Notes: generated from the sequence alone by a model not told the origin. 64,000 nt of DNA from Parachlamydiales bacterium (GCA_020051075.1 JAGVJP010000041.1:1-64000); one strand, 5' to 3'; positions 1-9,840 are shown, numbered from the stretch's first letter. Translations and numbers: made by a program.

Positions 1-54
1 AGAAGTTGTTCTGGCGCTGCTTTAATTTCGAGCTCTTCGAACTATTTTTGCTAT

Positions 55-136
55 AGCCCGAAGGGCTCCAATTGCAACAGCCCAGGGCAACGCCCTGGGT
101 ATTCTCAGCGTCAATATCGCAGCCTCGAAAGGCTGC
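55..136. repeat. REP-like cluster of three GC-rich hairpins
   Basis: AGCCCgaaGGGCT (55-67), CCCAGGGcaacgCCCTGGG (81-99) and GCAGCCTcgaaAGGCTGC (119-136); resembles RAYT/IS200-associated REP arrays. Confidence 0.6.
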
Positions 137-444
137 AAGAATCACATAGTCGTGAGGTTAAAAATTCTTTTAATGTTGATATTAGAATTTCATGTGTTTT
201 AATGCACTTTAAAATTTCATAAAACATATATTCATTTTTTGTGCTGAGAAATGGTGATTTTGCAGAATTCTGGATGTATATTGACAGTTGTCGTTATCCT
301 TCTATTTTTCCTTCTAGCCCCCCTTTTTTGCCGTTTTTTTCTCAAAAAAGGCTTTAATCTGTTAAAAATATGACTTTCTTATTGCGCAAAAGCAAACCTT
401 TCTTATAAAAACGTCTGTATCGGTATTTAGTGTTGAGGAAAAAT

Positions 445-1893
445 ATGACAGCGGTTGAGAAAGTCGTCTATGATGACAGAGCGGCAAAGATTTTTATCTA
501 TCCCTCTATCTTATTCATGATTCTTGGAATGATCATTGGGGTTTTCCTCGCCTTCAATGCTTTTGTCTTTCCTGACTACTTCTCAGGCGAGTATATTCAT
601 TTTGGCAGGGTAAGACCTGTCCATGTCGGTGCGGTAACGCTATTATGGCTTCTTTCTGTCGACATCGGCTTGATGCTCTATTTCATCCCACGCCTCTGCG
701 GGATTTCACTATGGCATTCTGAACTCGCGATTTGGGGTGGATACTTCTGGTGGTTCACACTGACGCTGGGGGTCCACTCATTCCCTTGGGGAACAAATTT
801 TGGTTGGGAATATGCTGAACTCCCCACATGGATATCATGGATTCCAATCAAATTCTTCTTTGCTCTTGCCTGGATTCTCGTTATAACCAACCTCATCATG
901 ACGATAGCAAAGCGAAAGTTTGAAAAACTTTATGTTTCGATCTGGTATAGCATGGGAACAATGGTCTGGACAACGTTCACAGTCCTCGTCGGCAGCTTTA
1001 TCATCAACTGGCTTCCCGAAGGGATTTCAAGGGTCAATGCTAGCTGGTTTTATGTCCATAACCTTGTGGGCTTAGTCTTTACTCCGATGGGGTTGGCGAC
1101 CGCTTACTACTTTCTGCCAAAATTAGCCAACACCCCCATTTATAGCCACCGCCTCTCGATGGTAGGATTCTGGTCTATCGCGTTTATCTATGCATGGATT
1201 GGGACTCACCACATGATCCATGGACCTGTTTCTCAATGGCTGCAGACAACATCAATTGTCTTCTCAATATGGCTTTTCATTCCTGTTTGGACTGTTGTTT
1301 ACAACCTCTTTGCCACTTTGCGGTCAGACTGGTCTAAATATCTCCAAAGCGCCCCCATCCGGTTCTTAATGATGGGAAATATTTTCTATCTCATTACTTG
1401 TGTTCAGGGACCGATCATGGCTTTGCGTAATGTCAACGAAATCACCTCTAAGACCGACTGGGTCATTGGGCATTCGCATATCGCCCTTTATGGGACATTC
1501 ACGTTCTTTGCGATCGCAGGTATCTATCAAGCGATTCCTACGATGGTTAAGAAGCCTCTATGGTCTAATAAATTGGCAGATTGGCATTTTGCTTTTAATT
1601 TATGGGGAAGCATCCTGTTCTTGTTTTCGCTATGGGTAGGAGGATTTCTTCAAGGGTTAATGTGGGCAAATTGGGCCAATGGCTCTTCCTACGCGGAATT
1701 CCATGCCAATTTAACGAACATGTCGTTTATTCAGACGATAGAAGAAATGCGCATTTGGTGGATTATGCGTGCAATAGGCGGATTGGTTATCTTGTTTGGA
1801 AATCTATTGTTTGCCGTTAATATCTTCAACACCATCATATTAAAACCGGTTGAAAAAGAAGAACCTTTGCAAGAAGCTAGGGTGGCTCTATGA
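445..1893 (+). CDS. ccoN: cbb3-type cytochrome c oxidase subunit I
   Basis: Polytopic membrane protein with GRVRPVH, WFYVHNLVG, YAWIGTHH and GHSH heme/CuB motifs; ATG at 445 follows GAGG (ORF track starts at GTG 430). Confidence 0.93.
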   Translation: MTAVEKVVYDDRAAKIFIYPSILFMILGMIIGVFLAFNAFVFPDYFSGEYIHFGRVRPVHVGAVTLLWLLSVDIGLMLYFIPRLCGISLWHSELAIWGGYFWWFTLTLGVHSFPWGTNFGWEYAELPTWISWIPIKFFFALAWILVITNLIMTIAKRKFEKLYVSIWYSMGTMVWTTFTVLVGSFIINWLPEGISRVNASWFYVHNLVGLVFTPMGLATAYYFLPKLANTPIYSHRLSMVGFWSIAFIYAWIGTHHMIHGPVSQWLQTTSIVFSIWLFIPVWTVVYNLFATLRSDWSKYLQSAPIRFLMMGNIFYLITCVQGPIMALRNVNEITSKTDWVIGHSHIALYGTFTFFAIAGIYQAIPTMVKKPLWSNKLADWHFAFNLWGSILFLFSLWVGGFLQGLMWANWANGSSYAEFHANLTNMSFIQTIEEMRIWWIMRAIGGLVILFGNLLFAVNIFNTIILKPVEKEEPLQEARVAL

Positions 1894-3176
1894 CAAATCA
1901 TCATCAAGATCAGCAGCATGAGAATTGGGTCCATCGATTAGATCGGTCGGCTCTTTGGACATTAGTCGGTGTTATCTTCCTTTTCTCCTTTGCCGTTGTG
2001 ATCACATTGATTGCCCCGCGCTATGTTGATTCGACTTGGACGAGCCCGTCCAGCCCTTATCAATTTCAGATGTATGAGATCCAAGATCCAAATTTTTATC
2101 TCAGCAGCGCCGCAACAGGTGGGGTTGACTTGATGTATGTCCATCATTTGAAAAATGACTTCACCCTGCTCTCGTTTCTTGAATCTCAATATTTGCGCAT
2201 TGTCGCCCCTCCCGAGCTGGAACGCTTCATCACTCGCTATCCAGAAGAGAAGATAAAACTGGCATCCCACCTGTTATTATTGCGAGAGCCTGAAGGAGAA
2301 ATGCGGCAAAAGGCAGATCACCTGCGTGAAGATCTGCAAAAAGAATGGACAGCAAAGCGAAAAGAGGAGGGAAAGGAAACAGGGCTCGAGAAGATCAATT
2401 ATCAGATCTTCGAGTTATATGACCCAAAACTCACTGAAGCTTTTTCAATCGAACCCGCAGGGGGGATTTTACAGAATTGGGTCGATGCTAATTTTGAAAT
2501 CATCGATGAATCTGTGAAGCAGCCCTACCACCAAGATTATGGCGTCGTCTATGTCCAAAACCCACGAGAATTTCGTTTCTCCACTTTCCACTATGGACAC
2601 GACGAACATTGGCGTTACGATCCGATGGGCCGTCCGGTTAAAAATCTTGAGGAACTCAAACAGCCGCTATTTGGCTTTTTCTCAAGAAAAGAGCTCATCT
2701 CATTTGGTGAACATATCTTCGCAATTGAGGGATGCTGGTATTGTCATACAGATCAAACTCGAACACTGATTCAGGATGTCGTTTTAAATGGGTCCGACTC
2801 ATTCCCAGCGCCTCCTTCTTCTGCCAATGAATATATCTATCAAAAAATCACCTTCCCCGGCACTCGCCGCATTGGCCCTGACTTGTCTCGGGTTGGAGTC
2901 AAGCGTCCGAGCCGAGATTGGCATAAATCGCATTTCTGGGCTCCTAAAACAGCAAGCGTTGGATCCATAATGCCCGCATTTCAACACTTTTTTGATAATG
3001 ATCCGAGGGGAACAGGACGGAGTGCGATGGGGATTCCAAATCATCAATTTGAAGCGATCTATCAATATTTGATGACAAAAGGGACTCGAATAACCCCTCC
3101 TACACAAGCATGGTGGCTAGGTAAGGACCCCATTCAAACAAAAGAAATTATTGAAGGACAGCGGAAACTTCAATGA
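1890..3176 (+). CDS. ccoO: cbb3-type cytochrome c oxidase subunit II with a large extra region of about 200 aa
   Basis: N-terminal TM; C-terminal FixO motifs EGCWYCH, GTRRIGPDLSRVG, DWHKSHF and SIMPAF; ATGA overlap with ccoN. Confidence 0.88.
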   Translation: MTNHHQDQQHENWVHRLDRSALWTLVGVIFLFSFAVVITLIAPRYVDSTWTSPSSPYQFQMYEIQDPNFYLSSAATGGVDLMYVHHLKNDFTLLSFLESQYLRIVAPPELERFITRYPEEKIKLASHLLLLREPEGEMRQKADHLREDLQKEWTAKRKEEGKETGLEKINYQIFELYDPKLTEAFSIEPAGGILQNWVDANFEIIDESVKQPYHQDYGVVYVQNPREFRFSTFHYGHDEHWRYDPMGRPVKNLEELKQPLFGFFSRKELISFGEHIFAIEGCWYCHTDQTRTLIQDVVLNGSDSFPAPPSSANEYIYQKITFPGTRRIGPDLSRVGVKRPSRDWHKSHFWAPKTASVGSIMPAFQHFFDNDPRGTGRSAMGIPNHQFEAIYQYLMTKGTRITPPTQAWWLGKDPIQTKEIIEGQRKLQ

Positions 3177-3370
3177 TGATCATGACTGCAATCATTGATG
3201 GTGCCGGCATTTACGGCAGCATTTTTCACTATGCTTTAGTCATTGCCTTTGTGGCGAGTGCTTTTTTAATTTTCTTTACTTTATGGAGAAAGGGGCGGTT
3301 AGATATGGATGAAGGTCCAAAATTCCAAATGATGCAGGAGGAAGAGGAGGAAAATCGATATGAAAAATAG
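3173..3370 (+). CDS. ccoS: CcoS/FixS-like cbb3 oxidase maturation protein
   Basis: Single TM followed by W-RKGRLDMDEGPKFQMM, similar to the CcoS W..GQFDD.EGP..R.L motif; lies in the cco operon. Confidence 0.6.
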   Translation: MMIMTAIIDGAGIYGSIFHYALVIAFVASAFLIFFTLWRKGRLDMDEGPKFQMMQEEEEENRYEK

Positions 3371-3659
3371 ATACGATGAGGACGCTGTTCAAAGCGATAT
3401 GGTCGACCATCCTGAAGCTGAGCTTTATGGCGATCCAAAAATAGCCTCCTTTGATGCAAAATTCCCTAAATTTTTGATTCTCACATACATTGTGCTTCCT
3501 ATTTGGGGGATTGTCTCTCTTTGCTATTATTGGAATGGAAGCCGAGGATGGTTAGACCGGGGCTACTGGAAAGAGCTGCAAATTGCTGCAAATACAACAT
3601 TTCCGATTCAGAATCAAAACATCATTGAAGAACCAAAGAAAGCAGACACACCAGATTAA
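3360..3659 (+). CDS. Small membrane protein resembling only the N-terminal anchor of CcoP (no CXXCH)
   Basis: KIASFDAKFPKFLILTYIVLPIWGIV resembles the FixP N-terminal I.EYDNPLP.W motif; overlaps the upstream gene. Confidence 0.55.
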   Translation: MKNRYDEDAVQSDMVDHPEAELYGDPKIASFDAKFPKFLILTYIVLPIWGIVSLCYYWNGSRGWLDRGYWKELQIAANTTFPIQNQNIIEEPKKADTPD

Positions 3660-3669
3660 TGAGAGACTC

Positions 3670-3792
3670 ATGGACAATGGACTGAAGTGGACTATATGGA
3701 CGGGTATGGACATATCTTGAAAGCAATCTAATTTCCGTCGACCACTGTCCATATTGTCCATGTTGTCCATACCCGTCCATATCGTCCATTTC
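3670..3792. repeat. TGGAC-unit inverted repeat, copy 1
   Basis: Arms 3684-3712 and 3764-3792 (29 bp, 2 mismatches) made of iterated ATGGAC/GTCCAT units. Confidence 0.85.
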
Positions 3793-3821
3793 GAAGCAGA
3801 GGTGTAATTCTTTCAAAAATT

Positions 3822-6773
3822 ATGACAAGCGATCAAATCATATCTTCCATTAAAGCTCCGATTGATCATCCGCTTTTTTTCCCCCGCGTTTTTGCGTTAG
3901 TCGCAAAAAAGCGTCAGAAGAAAGAGAATGAGTTGGCCTCTGCCATTTGTGAAGAGTATGAGGAGCTCTCACGGAGACTTGATCGAACTCAACTACAGGA
4001 AAGCTGTTCGGTTCGTAATGTGCTGCGTACCCGGAAGCTTGCACAGTTGCTCATCAACGAAAAAGGAGATTTGCAGGTCGATCTCCTTGAAAAAGCAATT
4101 CCGATTTTGGAAATGCATCTCTATTCGCTCGGCCCTCAGCGTCAATATGATGCGAAGCGTCAAGAACATCTCCTAAAAGTACTGAAAGTGCTCAGTAGTG
4201 AGAAAAAACTCGCTCTGTATTTTAAAAAATTTGAGAGGCCGATATCCAATCGATGGGCTGAAGAGATCATTCGAGATACGTTGCAGCTTCCTGCTGGAAC
4301 AGTAATTACAGACGCTCACGCAAAACAAGCTGTTTTATCTGCATGGTTATGTCTATTAAGGCAAAATGTGGGGTCATGTTTTGCTACTGCGCCGGCCGAG
4401 ATTGTTCATGGCGAGCAGCCAGAACAATTTTTACAGGATCTCCTTGATCTATTGAGCACAGGTAGGCTTAAACGGATATTTGGAGGAGTTGAATATTCCG
4501 TTCCTCTAAGCGCTTCTTGGGGAAGCGGCGATTTCAGTAAACCGATTTTTCTCCGAATATCAAGCAGCAGAGGTGTTGAACCTGAAGTGTGGTACTCACC
4601 CGGCCTTATTGCAGCATTGATAGCGATTGGATTCATCGGGACCGAAGAAACGTTAAAATCGAAAATTAAGAGGCTGGAAAATTGGATGATCCCGTTCATT
4701 CAACAGCGGAGCCACCCCTACCCTTACTGTATTCTGACCGCGGAAGAGATAATTAGAGCCATCGTGCTGCAGATGCTTGGATTGACTGAGAAAAATCTCA
4801 TGGAGTTTGAAGCAAGACCTCGGGTTCCTGTTCAACCTCAATTGATTGTACAGGTTGCCAAAGACAAAAAAAATTCGGGGACTTTAGGAGAGCGGTGCAA
4901 CCGCTTTTATTTTCTATTCGCAGCGGCAAAAAATGCGTTTATTGGCCTTGCTGATAATGCCCTCCTCAAAGCATGGGAATTCACTCTTGCCTCTTTTTCT
5001 GAAACGAAATTTGAATTTGCCCGGTGGAACCTATACGCGAGCTTAGGATTGAAAACCAATGAACCTAATGGGATAGGACAATGCATTCATCAGATTATCC
5101 AAGAGAAGCTAGATCAAGCCAATCAGAAAGTCCAAGAAGTCCAATATGAATATGAAACCGTCTTCACGATGGTTAAGACCTTAGAAGCTCGGATGAGGCA
5201 CACGTCTACTGAAAAAGAGCTGCAGTGGCTGCGGATGGAATATCAATCGCGGAGAAATGAGTTCTTTTTTCTTGAAGAGCAGCGCGACGGCTTGCAAGAA
5301 GAAGCTCGGCGCCTTGTTGATCTTTATGATTTGTTGTATGAACAGTATGTCAATTTGTTTAAGGACTATTTTCAAGAAGTCTATGATGCTGATCTGCATG
5401 AAATTAGCACAAGTCCCTATGACGACAGCCCAGCCGGTTATAGACTCCTTTATAAGCATGGGCGGAGCAATACTTCCCAGTGGACGCTGATCAAAAATCC
5501 AACTGATTTCATTGAATCTTTAGCCTCTTTTTTCACCGCCACAGAGCCGCAGATTTCACATATGCTAGAGGGAGAGAGGATAAAAAGAGATTTCGGTATC
5601 ATCGTTACCGCGATTATCAACCATGTCAAGACAAATGAATTTTTAGAGAGCGCATTCCATCGGATGGCGGCAGCTCACAATGCACCGATCATCAAGAATC
5701 CATTAGAACATTTAGACAAAGTGGAAAAAAAACCGTGGGTCTATACCTCCGGTGGAACAATGAGAACATTGACAAGCTGCTACTTCCGAATTGAAGGGCA
5801 GCCGAAAGTGGAAGAAAAGTGGGTAGAAAGCGAGGTCGAACTGCTTGTCTTTCTTGCAGACGTCCTTAAGCATATGCCTTCAAAAATGACTCAACCCTAC
5901 GTTGAGGGAAAAAGGAAGTCTATTCTCATGGAATCACCGACACACGCCTTCCTATTAGAACCGATGTCCTCTTCTTTTAGAGAAGCGTGGGGATTAGAAG
6001 AATATACTTACACTTCAATCAGGGATCGGTTTATCAGACCAGCAGAGATGTTTATCGAAAGCATGCTCATCAATAACGACATGATCGATGCGCTGATTCA
6101 ACTTCTCTCCGAGAAAATTCCTGAGAATCTTGAACCTCGCTTCAAAACCATTCTTAAACAGATCAAAGGCCCTATCACACCGCCATTTTTACGCCATGCC
6201 ATTCTCCAAGCTGTTGCAACAGATCGGGGCCTAAGCTATGGGCAGCGCACAGTCCTTTCTGCCGATGATTTGGATAACTTTCTCTATTCAACACTCCCTT
6301 TTTTCCCCAGCTATCAATTAAAAGACCGCTTGCATCGGATCTTGACTCTTTTGCCAGATATATCTTCTGAAAAAACGGATGAAATCCTTCGTTTATTCGA
6401 TCAACTTCCCCAAACATATGGAGGAAACCGTTACTTAAGTTCTCAGCAGCTGCAAAATATCTGTAAAGCCCTGCTCTGCTTAAACGGCATGACGACGACA
6501 GCTTCTGTCGATTACCACCTCCAAATCGCATTAGCTGCTCAAAAGCTGGGTTATGCCATGCCCGCTCCAATCATATTTGCTGACACGAATTGGGTTAAAG
6601 ATGAGTTCGGTTTTCTTGTCAATCCAGGCACAGGTTCCCTTGAGCTGTGGCGAGTTGACTATACAGGGACTCAAGGCTTCCCGATGAGGAGCTGGAAGAA
6701 GTGGTTAAACGGAAGCAGCCCCAATCAGAAGTGGGCCGTCTACTCCAAACCCTCAGAGTATGGACAAAGCTGA
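3822..6773 (+). CDS. Large chlamydial-type hypothetical protein (983 aa) with central coiled coil and a candidate Cys-protease-like motif
   Basis: Long ORF; motifs RQNVGSCFATAP, SPTHAF and FADTNW. Confidence 0.8.
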   Translation: MTSDQIISSIKAPIDHPLFFPRVFALVAKKRQKKENELASAICEEYEELSRRLDRTQLQESCSVRNVLRTRKLAQLLINEKGDLQVDLLEKAIPILEMHLYSLGPQRQYDAKRQEHLLKVLKVLSSEKKLALYFKKFERPISNRWAEEIIRDTLQLPAGTVITDAHAKQAVLSAWLCLLRQNVGSCFATAPAEIVHGEQPEQFLQDLLDLLSTGRLKRIFGGVEYSVPLSASWGSGDFSKPIFLRISSSRGVEPEVWYSPGLIAALIAIGFIGTEETLKSKIKRLENWMIPFIQQRSHPYPYCILTAEEIIRAIVLQMLGLTEKNLMEFEARPRVPVQPQLIVQVAKDKKNSGTLGERCNRFYFLFAAAKNAFIGLADNALLKAWEFTLASFSETKFEFARWNLYASLGLKTNEPNGIGQCIHQIIQEKLDQANQKVQEVQYEYETVFTMVKTLEARMRHTSTEKELQWLRMEYQSRRNEFFFLEEQRDGLQEEARRLVDLYDLLYEQYVNLFKDYFQEVYDADLHEISTSPYDDSPAGYRLLYKHGRSNTSQWTLIKNPTDFIESLASFFTATEPQISHMLEGERIKRDFGIIVTAIINHVKTNEFLESAFHRMAAAHNAPIIKNPLEHLDKVEKKPWVYTSGGTMRTLTSCYFRIEGQPKVEEKWVESEVELLVFLADVLKHMPSKMTQPYVEGKRKSILMESPTHAFLLEPMSSSFREAWGLEEYTYTSIRDRFIRPAEMFIESMLINNDMIDALIQLLSEKIPENLEPRFKTILKQIKGPITPPFLRHAILQAVATDRGLSYGQRTVLSADDLDNFLYSTLPFFPSYQLKDRLHRILTLLPDISSEKTDEILRLFDQLPQTYGGNRYLSSQQLQNICKALLCLNGMTTTASVDYHLQIALAAQKLGYAMPAPIIFADTNWVKDEFGFLVNPGTGSLELWRVDYTGTQGFPMRSWKKWLNGSSPNQKWAVYSKPSEYGQS

Positions 6774-6775
6774 AA

Positions 6776-6842
6776 TTGACCAAATGATAGGTATATGTGA
6801 GATTGGTCTTGACTAATTTCATATATATGTTAAAATTGGTCA
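6776..6842 (+). promoter_or_regulatory. Two tandem 33-bp imperfect palindromes (putative operator/promoter) upstream of AAA-DUF4143 gene 1
   Basis: TTGACCAAAT...ATTGGTC at 6776 and TTGACTAATTT...AAATTGGTC at 6809; period 33; each begins with a TTGAC -35-like box. Confidence 0.6.
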
Positions 6843-6857
6843 GAAATAGGAGAGAGA

Positions 6858-8084
6858 GTGGCACAATATATCCGTCGACTTTATCAGCAATTAGTCGCAA
6901 ATCATTTCAAAAAAAATCGACAGATGCTTTTTCTTATGGGACCACGTCAAGTAGGGAAAACGACCTTAAGTCTTCATATTAAAGATTCTCTTTCGTCAGA
7001 TTTCTTCTATTTGAATTGGGATAATTTGGATGATCGAGAAATTATTTTACACGGTCCCAAAGCGATTGCTAATCTTTTGAATTTAGATCGCCCTAGAAAA
7101 AATCCTCCTCTACTCGTTTTCGATGAAATACATAAATATCACGATTGGAAAAATCTTCTTAAAGGTTTTTTCGATACTTATTCTCATGCCGGTGAGGTTA
7201 GAATTATTGTTACAGGAAGTGCTAGATTAGATATTTTTAATTTTGGTGGAGACAGCCTAATGGGAAGATATTTCCGATATCGAATCCATCCTTTTTCTGT
7301 GGCTGAACTTCTCCAAGAACAAATCATTGAAAATGAAATCCATTTACCTTCTCAGCCCGATGAAGAAATGTTTGAAAAATTATTTTCATTTGGAGGGTTT
7401 CCCGAACCATTTATCAAAGGAGATCGTTCTTTTTATGAAAATTGGAAGCAGCTTAGACTTCAACAGCTGTTTTACGAAGAGGTAAGAGATATTACAAGAA
7501 TCCATCAGATCCAGCAAATGGAGCTCCTTGCCATTCACTTAAAGGAGCAAGCGGGTGGGGTGGTCAACTACACCAATCTGTCAAACAAAATTCGGATTTC
7601 ATCAGAAACTGTTAGGCGTTGGATCAGCACTTTAAACCAACTATACTATTGTTTTACGATTCAACCTTGGTCAAAGAATGTCACTCGCTCCCTGTTAAAG
7701 GAGCCTAAAGTTTATTTGTGGGATTGGTCGCTCATCGCTGAAGCAGGTGCCAAAGCTGAGAATTTTATTGCTTCACATTTGTTAAAGGCTTGCCATTATT
7801 GGATGGATAGAGGAATGGGTAAATATGAACTATTTTATCTGCGGGATAAGGAAAAACGAGAAGTCGATTTTCTCGTCACGAAAAATGATGAGCCTTGGTT
7901 TTTAGTGGAAGTCAAGTCGTCTGAAACTTCCTTGAGCTCTTCTTTAGGATATTTTCAAAAACAGATTCAGGCAAAACATGCTTTTCAGGTTGTGTTAAAT
8001 GCGCCCTTTGAGGAAATTAATTGTTTCGATTACACAAAACCCGTTATAGTTTCAGCTAAAACATTCCTCTCCCAGCTGGTGTGA
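6858..8084 (+). CDS. AAA_14 ATPase with DUF4143 and C-terminal PD-(D/E)XK-like domain
   Basis: Walker A GPRQVGKT, Walker B LVFDEIH, VTGSA, GGFPE, PKVYLWD, REVDF..VEVK. Confidence 0.9.
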   Translation: MAQYIRRLYQQLVANHFKKNRQMLFLMGPRQVGKTTLSLHIKDSLSSDFFYLNWDNLDDREIILHGPKAIANLLNLDRPRKNPPLLVFDEIHKYHDWKNLLKGFFDTYSHAGEVRIIVTGSARLDIFNFGGDSLMGRYFRYRIHPFSVAELLQEQIIENEIHLPSQPDEEMFEKLFSFGGFPEPFIKGDRSFYENWKQLRLQQLFYEEVRDITRIHQIQQMELLAIHLKEQAGGVVNYTNLSNKIRISSETVRRWISTLNQLYYCFTIQPWSKNVTRSLLKEPKVYLWDWSLIAEAGAKAENFIASHLLKACHYWMDRGMGKYELFYLRDKEKREVDFLVTKNDEPWFLVEVKSSETSLSSSLGYFQKQIQAKHAFQVVLNAPFEEINCFDYTKPVIVSAKTFLSQLV

Positions 8085-8107
8085 AGAGAAAAAAATAGGA
8101 AATAGGT

Positions 8108-9619
8108 ATGCAGCATAGCCTTTGCAGATTGTTTTACGTCTTTATGATCATAAGTATTCATTGCCTTTCCCAGCTATGTGCCGAAGAGCGCAGGGAAAAG
8201 ATTTTTACTAATCTTTATGCGACAGGGGCTTGGGGAACTAATGAAGAGGGTATCGGTTCATCCGGTCCGGGATCGTCGATTGAAAATTCCGAGCCTTATA
8301 TCAAATTTCTACAGAATTTCATCCAAACAAATGGTATTGCCACGGTTGTAGATGCTGGTTGCGGGGATTGGTCCTTTTCCAAAACGATAGATTGGGGAAA
8401 GACGAATTACATTGGAATCGATATCGTCAAACCAGTTATAGAACGATGTCAAACGAGATTTGTTTCTCCACAGATCGCATTCATGCATGGCGATATCAAC
8501 GAAATCGAGTTGCCGGCAGGAGATCTCCTCATCTGTAAAGATGTCTTACAATATTTATCAAATAGTGAAGTTATCCAATTCCTTGATCGAATAGGCAAGT
8601 ATAAATATTGCCTCATCACTAACGATGCTTGTTCGAATCCCTATCAAACATCGACCAGAAGCATTGTGTGCGGCGACCATCGGCCAATAGATCTAAGCCT
8701 CCTTCCCTTTAATCGACAAGGGGCTAAGATCTTTCGCTATGTTGTTGGAGATACAGAAAAACAGGTTTTCTTGATCGTCAATCCTGTAGATGAAAAAAAG
8801 GATGAACCTAAGAAAAAATATTTCGTTATGAATCAGGTCCACCCTTATCAAGGATTTTTCAGCGTATTTCTCACGGTGATAAACTATCTAGATCTCTATG
8901 ACAGAGGTGATATTGATGGGCTACTTGTCGATTTTAAGAATCATGGTCTTTTCTATGACCCAGCGTATGGTTTAAATTCTTGGAATTATTATTTTGACCC
9001 AATAAATCTTGGTGCCCCCGGGAATGCAGATATCGATTATAGCGCTGCTATGGAAACAGGCCGCATCTCCTACCTTGCTGAGATTGGTCTATCCAAAGCA
9101 CGGATTACAGAGCTAGTTAACAAATACATTCATGTCAAACCGGAAATTCTCAAAGAAGTGAATGATTTTGTCTCGCAGAAATTCAATGATCACTATGTGA
9201 TTGGAATACATTATCGCGGAACAGATAAATCTGGAGAGGCTGCAAGGATCTCATATGAAAATGTATCTTCTGCCGTCAACGATTTTGTGAATGAGAATCA
9301 GATAAAGGATTACTTAGTTTTTGTTGCAACCGACGAAGAACCATTCTTAACCTACATGCAGAATACCTTCGAGGGCAAAGTTGTTTCTAAAGATTGTTTG
9401 CGTTCTTGTAGTCACAATCCAGTACATTACTTTAACCCAAAGAATGTTAGTCCTCACAATACTGGAAAAGAGGCTTTGATTGATTGCCTTTTGTTGTCGA
9501 AATGCAAGCATCTCATACGGACGAGTTCTTGCCTGAGTTTAGTTTCTACCTATTTTAATCCCGATCTCTCTGATGTCGAGTTAAATAAAAGAATTACCCA
9601 CTGTTACCGCAGATTCTAA
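8108..9619 (+). CDS. Exported fusion of a class I SAM methyltransferase and a NodZ-like fucosyltransferase domain
   Basis: Signal-like N-terminus; SGPGS, VVDAGCGD and ICKDVLQ in the N-half; GIHYRGTDK, FVATDE and LIDCLLLSKC...SS in the C-half. Confidence 0.75.
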   Translation: MQHSLCRLFYVFMIISIHCLSQLCAEERREKIFTNLYATGAWGTNEEGIGSSGPGSSIENSEPYIKFLQNFIQTNGIATVVDAGCGDWSFSKTIDWGKTNYIGIDIVKPVIERCQTRFVSPQIAFMHGDINEIELPAGDLLICKDVLQYLSNSEVIQFLDRIGKYKYCLITNDACSNPYQTSTRSIVCGDHRPIDLSLLPFNRQGAKIFRYVVGDTEKQVFLIVNPVDEKKDEPKKKYFVMNQVHPYQGFFSVFLTVINYLDLYDRGDIDGLLVDFKNHGLFYDPAYGLNSWNYYFDPINLGAPGNADIDYSAAMETGRISYLAEIGLSKARITELVNKYIHVKPEILKEVNDFVSQKFNDHYVIGIHYRGTDKSGEAARISYENVSSAVNDFVNENQIKDYLVFVATDEEPFLTYMQNTFEGKVVSKDCLRSCSHNPVHYFNPKNVSPHNTGKEALIDCLLLSKCKHLIRTSSCLSLVSTYFNPDLSDVELNKRITHCYRRF

Positions 9620-9803
9620 ATTTTCGTTTTCGCGCAACTATGCAGATTCTTTCCTTTTTTTTCACAGTCTAGTAAAGATCAGAGGCGAGGAAAAATAGAT
9701 ATTGAAGAACTCTTCCGCCCGATAGCCGCTGCATAAAATGCTAAACTCGAGCTTGTGTCTTTGCATTAAAAAACGCCAAAGCTCGCATTAGTTACAAATT
9801 TTC

Positions 9804-9832
9804 TTGCAGAAATCACTGTCTGTTGACATAAT
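9804..9832 (+). promoter_or_regulatory. Putative sigma66 promoter
   Basis: TTGCAG-N17-CATAAT upstream of the tandem repeat and AAA gene 2. Confidence 0.45.
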
Positions 9833-9840
9833 GGAAGGAG

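Noticed and set aside
3552..3816. Minus-strand ORFs with MDNMDN / GQHGQY repeats
   Set aside because: Translations of the TGGAC repeat that overlap a real gene.
9625..9740. Possible transposase 3' remnant (…IDIEELFRPIAAA*)
   Set aside because: Too short and frameshifted to assign without a search.
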